A stretch of DNA of 64,000 nucleotides from positions 764,448 to 828,447 of the forward strand of contig CAVNZM010000004.1 of the NCBI GenBank assembly GCA_963693365.1, given 5' to 3'. The stretch comes from Amoebidium appalachense (taxonomy: Eukaryota; Protista; Ichthyosporea). Below are positions 1 through 20,707 of the stretch, piece after piece. A model generated the notes under the pieces. It ran no database searches. It saw only the letters and a program-made list of their open reading frames with translations, and had not been told where the DNA came from. The position numbers and the translations under genes were made by a program. How positions within the stretch are numbered: the stretch's first letter is position 1; every line of letters starts with the position of its first letter.

Positions 1-722
1 AGAGTTGTGGACAACATGCAGGCTCATCTGCTGTGGGCACAGCAGTACGAGGTAGGTGTGGTGTCTGTGTGTGTGTGGTGGTGGTGGTGGTGGTGGGGGG
101 GGGGGGGGGGGGGGGGGTAGGTGCAGTGTAATGTTGCAAAGTTCCCGTCTGCACTTTGGTGGTGTGTTTTTGAATATGTCGGTGATCCGAGTTTGGTTTG
201 GAGAAGGGGGACGAGCAGAGAAGGACGTTCGAACGGGGTGGATTTTTTGTTTATATGTGTGTGGGTGTGTGGTGATGATGGGGTGTGTGTGTGTTGGGGG
301 GGGGGGGGGGGGGGGGGGGAAGGCGAGGGATGGGATGGGGGGGGGGGGGGGGGGGGATCCAGGTGAGTGCACTCGTCTCAGTCTCTGTCTCGGGTGATCA
401 GGGCTCTGGTCAATGTCGCTCAGCGCACACGTGTGCCTCCTATCGGGCACACCCACATGGCTAACACGTGCTAATGTCACAGTCCCGTGTTGTGGGGATT
501 ATGGGTGATCTGTCTGTGGCCCAATGTGGTGTGGATGATGCCACATGGGGGGACCTTGCAGCCAAGACCAGCGTGATTGTACACAACGGCGCATGGGTGC
601 ACTGGGTCTACCCATATGCTAAGCTGCGCCCTATGAACGTCCAGAGCACGATAGAGCTGTTGAGACTGGCGGCTACAAAGAGGGTACGTGTGGGGGGGTG
701 TGGGTGGGGGTGTATGGGAATG

Positions 723-759
<37 letters not shown>

Positions 760-2762
760 TGTGTGCGTGCGTGCGTGCGCGCGCGCGGGTCTGCGTGTGT
801 GCGTGCGTGTGTGTGTGGTTTAATGTGTGGCCGTTTGTGTGTGTGTGTGTGCAAGTGCTTGTCAGTGTGCCTTGTGTCCGTAAGTTTGTGCGTGTGTGCA
901 TGTGTGTACATGTGTGTGTGTGTGTCTGCCCAGGTGTGTGTGTGTCCGTGTGTGTCCATAACGTGTTCTTTTCCTATCATCCACACACCCACGCTGTCTT
1001 TTGTCCCTGTGTATTTGTATTGTGCCCCCTCACGTGCCCCTACTAACCCCTACCCTCTAGGTCAAGTCGTTCCACTTTGTGTCCTCCACTGCTGTGTTTG
1101 AGAGCAGCCACTACATCAATCTTAATGCCCCCGTTAAGGAGACGGATGACCTGGTCGCTGGAAACGGCATCCCTACCGGATATGGTAGGTGCTATTTATA
1201 GACCGTGCCCCTATGTGTAATGGTGCATATGGTCCTAATTATAGTGCATGCAGGTCTTATACTCATGAGCTGTAGTGCAGCGCGGCCCACGGCGCCAGTT
1301 ATAGTCCATGGGTTCACCGTTACTATTGGTTAGGTTAGGGTTCTAGATGAAACATGTGCATGTTTGCACAGAAACGAGAAAAGGCGCGGGCCGTATTTAA
1401 GTGACCACGTGCAGCAACCCCACAAGGGGTGTTTGAAACATATGGATGGTTCCGCATCATAAATCCATACTAGACCTCTGCCCGGTGTTGCACCCTCCTC
1501 CCAATATTGGTCGTAATTTTCATATTGGTACCCCCCAGGCCAGTCCAAGTGGGTCTCTGAGCGCATCATCATGCTGGCCTCCACCCGAGGCATCCCCACC
1601 ACCATCTTCCGCCCCGGTTACATCACAGGCGACACAAAGACCGGAGGTAGGCTAGCCCATATGCATGTGTTTGCAGGGCGTCTCTAAAGACGCCTTACAA
1701 GACGAAGGGGGATGGAAGCCCCCCCCCCCCCCCCCCCCCCCCCCAAAAAAAAGAAAAAAAAACAAAAAAAAAAACCACCACACACACACACACACACACA
1801 CACACCTTTACCACCTCCCCACTACCACCACCACCATCCCTGGAGCCACACGAAGTAGGGGTTTAGAGCCCCGTGTATACTTGCTGTGCTAATCATGTAC
1901 TAACCAAATGATGTCATGTTCCCCATGTTTTGCTCTGTGCCGTGCACAAACACACACTCACACTCACACACACACACACGTACACACACACACACACACA
2001 GTCACCAACGTCGACGACTACCTCGTGCGCCTGCTCAAGGGCTGTGTTGAGATGAACAAAGCCCCCAACATGATCAACCGCGTCAACATGTGCCCTGTGA
2101 ACTTTGTCGCCGACGCTATCGTGCACATTAGCGCACGTGCGTCCGCATTTGGCAAGTCTTTCCACTTTATTAACCCCCACGTGTTCCGTTTCTCCGACTA
2201 CTTCAACCTGCTTGCCAAGTACGGTTATGACGTCACGGTGACGGAGTATGTGGAGTGGAGAGATGCCCTAGAGGCCCTGACGATGACGAGCAAGGTCAGT
2301 GTGGCTGTGTGTGTGTGTGTGTGTGTTTTGGTGGGATTGCTTGTGTTTGTGCTCTACTTGTATTTGTTTTTTTGTGCATTTGTGCTCGTGTTTTGTGGTG
2401 GTGGTGGTGGTGGTGGTAGGCCGGAGAGGCCCGAGGGGAGGGGGAGGGGGGAGAGGGGGGGGGGGAGGGGGGGGGGGGGGGGGGGGGGAGTCGGGGCAGG
2501 CAGGTGTTGAATAAGGGGTATATACAAGAAAAGGAGCCCGTGAGGTAGAGAGGGGAAGGCGGGGATTTCATGCAGACGTATTTGTGATTGCACATGTTCA
2601 TGCGCACGGCAGGCAATCGTGACTTACAGCACTGTGCTGGGTGTTGTATGTGGTAACCCACTTACATGTATGTCACAGTAATGTTTCTTTTAATACACCT
2701 ATTGACTATTCTTTTCTGGTGTCCTCGTGTACACGAATACGCACACGCGCGCACATGCACAT

Positions 2763-2795
<33 letters not shown>

Positions 2796-2887
2796 ACAAT
2801 GCCCTATACCCGCTTCTTCACTTCGTGCTGGATGACCTCCCAATGAAGTCAAGAACTGCCACACTGGTAAGTGACCTTTCTCTTTTA

Positions 2888-2921
<34 letters not shown>

Positions 2922-3216
2922 TTCCGCCTCGCTACAACACACACACGCACACACACACACAAGGGGGAAAAAGAAAGGAAGAAAGAAAAGGGGGCACAGG
3001 TGTGCAGGCACACACGGATGTACAGCAGCAACTTTGACAAGTCACCAGTCAAACATTGCTAGTCAGGACTGTGGTATGCTGCAGCAGTGCACGTGCCTCT
3101 GTGTGCATGCGGTGTAGCACTAATTTATCATTGACCCCGTGCCTGCAGGATGCAACACAGCTGTTCAAGGAGCTGGCTGACTCCACTATCAGGTGTCCTC
3201 CCATCGAAGGTATCTC

Positions 3217-3249
<33 letters not shown>

Positions 3250-3452
3250 CTTTACCCCCCGCCGTTCTCAACATTTCACAAAGGCAAAAAGAGCAAAATG
3301 AACACACGAGCTTTTTCGTCCTTGGCCATGATCCGTACTGTGGCAAGCCTGGTTTGTTGATTTTGCTGGGATTGGAGCCGAGGATGGCAGTGGCCACGTT
3401 GTCCCGTGCATAGTTAAAGATAGAAACAGCACTGTTATAGCATTCCCCTCCG

Positions 3453-3493
<41 letters not shown>

Positions 3494-3793
3494 CCCACAA
3501 AAAAGGAAAGAAAGAAAAATATGCCCCATGCCCCCCCCCCCCCCCCCCCTCCCCCCTCCCCCTCCCCCTCCCCAAACACACACACACACACACGCTCTCC
3601 CTCCCTCCCCCCCCCCCTCTCCTTCTCTCTCTCTGACACGTGCGCACCCACAGACGTCATGGGCACGTACCTGGCCTACCTCGTGCACACCTCGTACCTG
3701 CCTAAGCCCGTCAAGGCCGGGGATGACGTCATGCCCCTACCAGTGCTCAACCTCGGTAAGGACGTCAAGCTGGTCAAGCGCACGGGCACGTGA
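1..3793 (+). CDS. LYS2: L-aminoadipate-semialdehyde dehydrogenase / alpha-aminoadipate reductase, C-terminal thioester-reductase domain (5' part outside window)
   Basis: Exons 1-51, 483-683, 1061-1184, 1539-1646, 2002-2294, 2795-2866, 3149-3209, 3654-3793 are all GT..AG and in frame. Peptides [37 protein letters not shown] (SDR YxxxK), [30 protein letters not shown] and [15 protein letters not shown] follow the fungal Lys2 reductase domain in order. Confidence 0.93.
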
Positions 3794-4413
3794 GCGTATG
3801 CCCATATACGGAAGGTGGAGGTGGAGGGGGCGGGAGGTTTGGATTGGAGCAAAGACAGGAGGGGAGGGGGAGAAGGGGGGTAATATATATAACACGGCTG
3901 CAATGACCCAAAACAGGCTATAGCTAGGGCAAGAGTTTGTGTTTCTTTTTTTTTACTTTTTATGTTTAGTTTGTGTTGCTGTCTGCTGAGTGACTGCTTT
4001 CGTAAACATCCGGCGTATTATGCTGCTGAGTTTTTGTATTTCTTCTAGCCAGGCTTGTTTCAGAGCTGCTCTGGTACACATACCGTCCAAAATAACGGAA
4101 TGTTGCACAAAACATATTGATTTCATTTGTGTGTGAGGTGAATAGTTCCTGTGACCAACTAGTCCATGCACGTGCATGTGTACATGTACACGACAAGTGG
4201 TGTGACTGATCACAGCAACCACCCGTTTATATGGCATGGCCGGCACATGCCATATCTACACAGTAAATTGCACTGGTCTAACCGAGGTAGTCGGACGTAT
4301 AACACCCTTTTCTCCACTGACGGGTTGACCTGTTGGAAACATACTACTGATTAGGAGCACATGACGAGATCACGTGAAAGAATCAAACGACTGAAAGGCC
4401 TTCCCCCCCGGCC

Positions 4414-4448
<35 letters not shown>

Positions 4449-4734
4449 CGCATCCGCATTTCAAACCCCGGTTGTGGTTCAGGCGCGATAGCCATTTATG
4501 GTGCTCTTGCTGCTTAATTTGGCTATTGGTTTGCCTTATATGGTGCCACCTAATTTTCTACTCACGTGCACGTACAAGCTCGCTTCCGAGGCATCAGTAG
4601 CCGCGGCCTCCAGGCTGACTCTCGTTAGCAGCGCAGGATCTGTTCCAGTGCACCCTTTTGTCCTCGCACTGGTTTTGTGTTCCTGGTTGGTTGCCCACCT
4701 CTAGCACCCACCGCAACCTCTAGCAGTAGGCAGC

Positions 4735-13149
<8,415 letters not shown>

Positions 13150-13578
13150 CTACACTGCAGATGCGGCATGAAGGTGGGAACATAGGGGAACCAACCCGTA
13201 TGCATGATTGGCCGTCTAGATCTACATTATAATAGCCCGTGGTTGAGCAAATAGCTTGCGCTGATATTTGTAGCCTCCCTGGGGCTCAGATATCCCATAC
13301 CCTCCCCCCCCTCCCTCTCTCCCCCCGATGTAAATATTTGCGCAACTGAATACCCCTCATTTAATTCAGTCTTCCCTTAACGATATATGGAAGAATTCTA
13401 ACAAAACCTAGTCTGTATCTGAGAGGCTTAGGTATTCGCATCTGAATTTTTCACACGCTCGTAACTTGAACAATGAAATTGATTGCGCAGATATACGCGC
13501 TCAAGTGATGTATGGGCTGAGCCCTACGGGGCATGGACATGGGTGTTTTTTGTTTTTGTTTTTTTTTGTTTTTTTCCG

Positions 13579-13623
<45 letters not shown>

Positions 13624-13961
13624 ATAAAGCATGAAAAAATTAACGACTCTACGATAGCCTACTGTGGATGATTATATAAATAAAATCTAAGAAGGTAGGT
13701 ACACGTGGAGAAAAAGTCTAGAAAAAAATGTAGCAAGTGACGTCCGAAACATTATAATATTGGCCACCATGGCCACGGCTAGGTCTGAATCAGCATATCA
13801 TCTTCATGTTGTATTCAATGAGATAACAATGGCAGCCTGCAGTAAGACACGAATCATTATATATGCCACAAGATGTATAAACTCAGATAACTGAGACCCA
13901 ATGGATCGCTCGAGTGGGAGAAGGGCGAGGGACGGGGTGGGGGTTTTGGGTGTGTGTGTGT

Positions 13962-14015
<54 letters not shown>

Positions 14016-14816
14016 AATGATGACTTCTCAGGCTTCATCACACGGTGATGCAGCCACGGTAGCGAGGCCTCGCATCCGGGCCGAATGACTCCGTTTCCGC
14101 TGGGGCCAGTTGTTCGCGGCAGCATGCATGCTGCATGGTGGCTGGGGTGGCCATGGCCACGGGGTGGACGTGCCTCAGCATCGGCTGTGCCCCACGAAGC
14201 TCCGGCGCACGATTCACGGCACGAAACCGCTCCTGCAACTTTATGATAATATCCACACTGTGTGCCTCATGATAGTAGTACGGTCCTGCCCTGGTGCACT
14301 GAACACACACATATTGGTCACAAACAACTTGATGGTGTAGGCTGGGCTGCTGGGTGGGACTGTGCCAGTGTGCCCGCCTGCTTTTGCCCGGCCACAGCCC
14401 GCCAATGGCATCGTCGGATCTGGCCGCAATTTCCGCCGCGGCATGCGCAATGGGCAAGTTTCGCTCTAAACAGGATAAGCGTGCACAAAACACTAATAAA
14501 ATAGCACTTCAGGGAAAGCTTTTGATAACAATAATAATATAGATAGTACATGTAGGTGGGACACCGTGCTGATTAATGGTAATCTTCGCCGTATTGATAT
14601 TCTAATAGTAGGGCGACCACTCTGGGAGGTACAGGGGGTTCGGTGAAGTCACCCGGCTGCTGCAGGGAGCTCGACCCAGCAGGGCCCGCCGGCGCGGGGG
14701 TGCCGGGGGGAGGGGGGGGAGAACGGATTCCGAAAACGTGTGCACTCTTATGTTTCATATTGCACGTATGCTCAGTGAGACCCGCGAACACATTTGGTGG
14801 CCCCAGGGGAAAGGAC

Positions 14817-14858
<42 letters not shown>

Positions 14859-15770
14859 GTAGGACACCTTGCACCTGCTGGTGGCCCGATCTATGGCTAC
14901 TATGTAGTCGTGCACGCATACATGTACAGTACTGCATGCACATCAGTGTGTTTGATTCATTTTTAATATGGCACACGTGAAGATAGGGTATCAACTAATA
15001 TATTAGGCAGTTGGATCCATGGACTCCATGGCGGACACAGCAATTGAGATAATATGAAACCCGGTTTCGATCCGATAATATATACAACTTGTCTACTTAT
15101 CTACAGTAACACAAAAACCTGACCTCAGCATGTACATGTCTAAGCTACGATCTCTACTCAAATAGGCACAGATAGGTGCCTGCTCGTTCGTGCATGTTTC
15201 AAATTTAAAACATTTTCAATATATGTATGCTGCTGTACCACCAAAACTTTGTGTTCGAACTGTAGCTGGAGGAAGCCATTCGAGCTGAACTTTAGCCCTA
15301 GGCTTGGCGCCAACTAATACGACAGCCCATGTGCTATTCCAGATTTTGTGTCTAATAACTAATAAGCACCAATACAGGACAACATCATTCTCTCAGATAC
15401 GAAAACCAAATTCTCAGGTATTATACAAAAAAGCGCCAAAATTCAGTGTCGCTTAACAGCACCTTCAAACCGTATGTGACAATCTAATCGACTAACCACG
15501 AAGAACACCCACTATTCTCTAGAGATCTCGAATACCAAATAATCATTCGAAACAGCGTACAACTTGGTGCATTTTGCAGCCAGCTCCCCCACCACCACCA
15601 CCACCACCAACGCCACCACCACCACCATCCACCCCAGAAAAACCACAAAACTAGCAACTTGAAGGGGGGAGGGGGGGGGGGGGGGGGGGGGGGGAGGAGG
15701 GAAGGAGGGAAGGAGTGGGGGAGGGGAGGGGGGTCCACGGATACATGGGAAAAGAGGGGGGGGGGGGGGG

Positions 15771-15801
<31 letters not shown>

Positions 15802-15823
15802 GGAAGGGGGGGAGAGGAGCGGG

Positions 15824-16448
15824 TCACCGTCTCTCTGCCAGGGTTGTAAACTCGTGCTCGTCCGCTGACATGCGCCAACTCTCATTGTCCTCCACACCAG
15901 ACACTGGGCGGTATTTCAAACCCCGCCTTCCCCTCCGCATGAAAAAGTAACGGGACCCTAAACACAGCACCGTCCCGAGTACGATAGTTACTGCTGGCAC
16001 CACTATGTATACCATTTGATAGTTGCAATTTTCATCGCTTGTTTGCTGAAACCCCCCCGTTGTTGTCTCGATAGGGAGAAGATTGCTGGTTGCACTCAGG
16101 GTTGATGGTGATTGGGCGCCTGTAGTGGTGGTTTCTTCTGATTGGATGGTGGTGGAATGTGATTCGGCGCTTGTAGGAGTAACAACAAGACTTGATTGGG
16201 AACTTGTAGTTTTAACGCTGGCCGTTGATTGGGTGGTAAGTTTAATGGGTGGGTTGGCCGGCAGCTTCAGTGCTGGGAGGACGTCAGTGGCTGACCCGTA
16301 GATGTCGGATACAGTCCAGCACTGTGCTTGCCCTGCACATGTGTGTGTGTGTGTGTGTGTGCGTGTGTGTGTGTGTGTGCGTGTGCGTGTGCGTGTGCGT
16401 GTGCGTGTGCGTGTGCGTGTGCGTGTGCGTGTGCGTGTGCGTGTGCGC

Positions 16449-16541
<93 letters not shown>

Positions 16542-16657
16542 CGCTGTGTTCAGAACACGTGTAAGACACGGTGGCTGTGTGTGTACCTGCCTGCCTGTGT
16601 GCCTTTATGTGTAGGATGGGAGAGATGCAAGCATCAAAGGGAGGGAAGGAAAACGGG

Positions 16658-16690
<33 letters not shown>

Positions 16691-17480
16691 GGAGGAGGGG
16701 GGAATCTATATGTAGCGAGCACATCAATAGCTCGAAAGAATTCAAGCGATCGTCGAGGTGGTGTGGGAAAGTTATTATGTATCCGTTTTTTTTTTTTCTT
16801 TTTTTTTTTTTTTTTCGTTTTTTCCCCCCCGCCTTTCGTTTTGGGTTTTTTGGGTTTCGGTTTGCATTTTAATAATATATTCGTTTTGTGTTTTCTTTTG
16901 GGGAGAGGTGGGAGGGGGGGGAGGGGGGGGGGAGAATGGTGTACGACGGGGGAGGGGAGGGGGTAGGAGGAAGGGTAAAATGTATTACAGAGTATGAAGC
17001 ACAAATCCGCAAAGGAACACAATGCAGATTGAAGTGTACACACAGAGAGTATGAATCATAAGTTGAACCTATCCGGAGGAGGGGGCCAAGTTATCCACAA
17101 GAAAGGGGGGAGGGGGTGGGGGGGGGGTGGGGGGTGGGGAGGGGGATTCTACCTGCGAGGGTTACATGGACCCCCTCTATGCGAATATTCTCACAGGGGC
17201 TCTGGTGAAGGCAGGCAAGACTGCCGGCCCTGCTGAGTGCCCCCATAGCTGTGATGTTTCGGAACGTCAAATTGCGGAAGAGGGGGGTCTGTCCTAGGTC
17301 ATCTTTGCGTTTGGACACACTGGGGGGGGAGGGGAGGGGGGGGGGGGGGGATTAGCAAATGTGTTACAATGTATTATGTTCACGTTTGCAGCTATTCAAG
17401 TTATGTGCATACGCAACAAGGAAGTGCAACAAAGCACACAACATGTTTGACGGCTGGGGAGGAAAGCACGAGGGGCATCG

Positions 17481-17517
<37 letters not shown>

Positions 17518-19547
17518 GGGGGGGGGGGGGGGGGGAGGGGGGGGGGGGGCTGCAGGGGTGAGGTGGGGGGGGTTAGAATGTGTTATAGACCGGTTTAGAA
17601 AACATTTTTTTCAAATTCTGCCTAACCTTATATGGCTCACCGGAACAATTCGAATCTTGTGATTGGTTGCACCAAAAGTAAGGGCCAAGGTAAGGGCCGC
17701 TCAGGCGGTGACAGGCCAAAATCTCAGACCGACAGCCTCTCAAAAGCAGTTAGGCCCCAATTTTAGAAAGTTGGTTTTCGTCCAAAAGAAAAAGTTTTAG
17801 GAAATAAAAAGCGCAAAAATGATATAAGCAGTCGGGGTGCTCCGACAACGCCCACATTGCTAAAATCATCAAAACACGTCTTGCATAGCCTCTTACCACC
17901 TTGCCTCGAGGTCGATCGTCTATAATTAATTTATGGTTTTTGCCTGTTTTTGCTACGAAATAGGCGCCGGACACCCCATGCTGCTATACAAAAATTGCTT
18001 GTCGCTGTGTTTATCAAATGATTTATTAATGGAGCAAAACCCCTTTTCTTAAGCATTATAAGCAGGATTTGGTATATGACCGCCGATCACTCAGCCCTTC
18101 ATTTCGCCAGTTCGGCTGGCTGGATCTCCCTAGAGCGAAGCTACCACATTGAGATTCTCATTTAGTAAATCTAAATTGGTCTATAGATTACGAAGCACAC
18201 GTTCATAACGAACAACACAATGCAGAGTGCAAACCATACATAGAGTGTGCATGATAAGCAGATAAAAGGAGGGGGGGGGGGGGGGAAGGGGGGGGGGGGA
18301 TGGAAGGGCTTTTTAGGGGAAGAAGGGGGGGGGGGGGGGGGGACAAAGGGGGAAGCACGGGCTATCCTTACACGCTGCACTAGACACATACATGAACACA
18401 ACTTACCCAAAGGGATATATCATGTCGATATCTATCACCGTGTTCGGTGAGTGTGCAACTATCCCCTCCCATGTGATGTTTTCCACCGTTCCCCCTCTAC
18501 CCATGGCCGTCTTGAGCCGTGCTACCCTGTCTGTTTGGTAGCTGGTGCAGTCTCGCGCAATTACGTTGCGTATATCTCCTGTGGGGAGATATTGGTGGTG
18601 AATCACCTGGCTGGTTGCTCAATAGTTCATATCTTGCAGCCTATGCTTGTATACATACAAGCTGGTATATCTGGATATCCAAGACATCTCTGTGCCTTTT
18701 TGTCGCTCAATCTCCACACTGTACCTTGGCCACCAAGGGTCGGCCTCCAACCACAAATAATCGAAAGGATCAAAAGGAAGTGTTGCTCATTGATGAGCGA
18801 GGGGGTGCATGGAAGAGAGTTAGCTTGGTGTGTGTATCTGTTTGAAGGGGGGTTTCAAGGGCGGGCAGACAGGGGGGGGAGGGGGGAAGGGTTGTTTGGA
18901 ACAGGCTGGGGGGCGGAGAGGGGGGGGGGGGGGGGGGTAGGATAAACACGACAGGCAACCTTAGATCATGAACAATGGCGCACACATCCATTCGGCATAG
19001 TGGGATAACTGAAGATTCAAATGTGTGTTGAGTGTTTGTGGGATGGGGGGGGGGGGGGGGAGGTGGGGGGGGCATACCAGACATCTCGCTGCCGATTGTA
19101 ATTGCGCCATGGCCATTTGCAAAGACACACCTGAGTGGGGGGGGGGGGGGGGGGGGGGGGGGGAGGTCGGGGGGAGGGGGGGGGGGGGGAGGTCGGGGGG
19201 GGAGGGGGGGGGGGGGGGAGATGCAGTGGTTAGTGGATCGGGAAGAGATGTGGGTGACGCATACAAAGGGACAGAGAGATAGGCGCAGTCATGTAGGCAC
19301 TGGGCAGCCACGTGCATCTGGCACACACGGAAGCACGATCATGCACACATCTTCCTTTTGTCCTCACCGTACCGAACACTCCCCAAAGATGTATGGTGCT
19401 GCCACTGAGTCGTATGACTGTTTCTGTGTGGGGGACTGACTAAGCCACCTTTGGGCATGGAAGAATTTTATGGTTCTGGGGAAGGACGACATAGAAGGGC
19501 AGAGGGGATTCGGCTGGGTGATGGTGGTGAGAGGGGGGAGGGGGGAG

Positions 19548-19583
<36 letters not shown>

Positions 19584-19940
19584 GAAAATGGTGCTTGGTC
19601 CAAACCCCAAACAAGAGAGAGGTGAGGGTGGGATACCTTTCGATCAACACGTTCTCTGTTGGGATGCCGACATCCCTCCCGTTTTGGTTCTTGCCGCTCT
19701 GTTGTGTTTTGTGAGTCTCCATGCACACACACACCACATAGCTCAGGTTTATCACAGTGTCAGGCCAGGACATGCATGCCAGGCAAACGTCCCCCTTTAT
19801 TAAAAAAACCCTTCCACCCCCCCCCCCACCCGCCCTCCTCCCCCCACTTCCCCCTTACCCCCTATTCCTCCCGCGTCTACCCACTTTTTTTTTTGCCTCA
19901 GACACTCCTTAACACATGTGTTAGGGTACTGGAGAGGAAG

Positions 19941-19974
<34 letters not shown>

Positions 19975-20375
19975 ACCACCACCACCACCACCACTCTCAT
20001 TTTCATACAGGTTCTCTGCGGCTCGTCTCCCCCCCCCCCCCCCCCCTCCCCCCCTCCCCCCCCCCCCCCCTCCCCCCGGGCTTCCCTTCCCTTTTCCCAC
20101 CTCCGCCTTCCCCAAATCCCGCCAAACATACACATGCACACACACACAAACGCAAACACACACACGTACACACACACACGTGGGATGTGTGTGTGTGTGT
20201 GTGCGCACGTGCGTGCATGCTTGAGTGTGTGTGTGTGACTGATAAGGAGTGAGAGGAAGAGAGAGGGAGGGACAGTGGGGGGAGGGGGGAGGGGGGAAAG
20301 AGAAGGCACCAGGAAAGGGCAAGAGTGAGCACGAAAAGGGAGGGGGGATTGAAGGGCTGGGCAAGACGGGACAAA

Positions 20376-20414
<39 letters not shown>

Positions 20415-20675
20415 AACCTTGATTGCAATGCAGTCGTCACCGACATCAATCTTACAGTCATGAATGTACACATCTGTGAGATGGGGGGGGGGAGGGGGGG
20501 GACGATTAGTTGGTGAGTTGCTTCCGTCTTACGTCTTCCATCTTGTTTCCTGCTGCCATGGGCTTATGGAGTGCAGAACCAAGTAGGCCTCTTTTCAGTG
20601 TGTTCAATCCCAGCGTGGTTCTTTTGTATGTGGGTGGTTTTTGTGTGTGCGTGTGAGTGGTGACAGGGTGGGGAA

Positions 20676-20707
<32 letters not shown>

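Noticed and set aside
13270-13535. Weak inverted repeats (gggctcag..cccatac / gtatggg..ctgagccc)
   Set aside because: Too short and degenerate, with no TSD, to call a MITE.
14038-14493. GC-rich 151-aa minus-strand ORF between the SerRS-like gene and GH28
   Set aside because: No recognisable domain or supporting exon chain; possibly a decayed mobile-element fragment.
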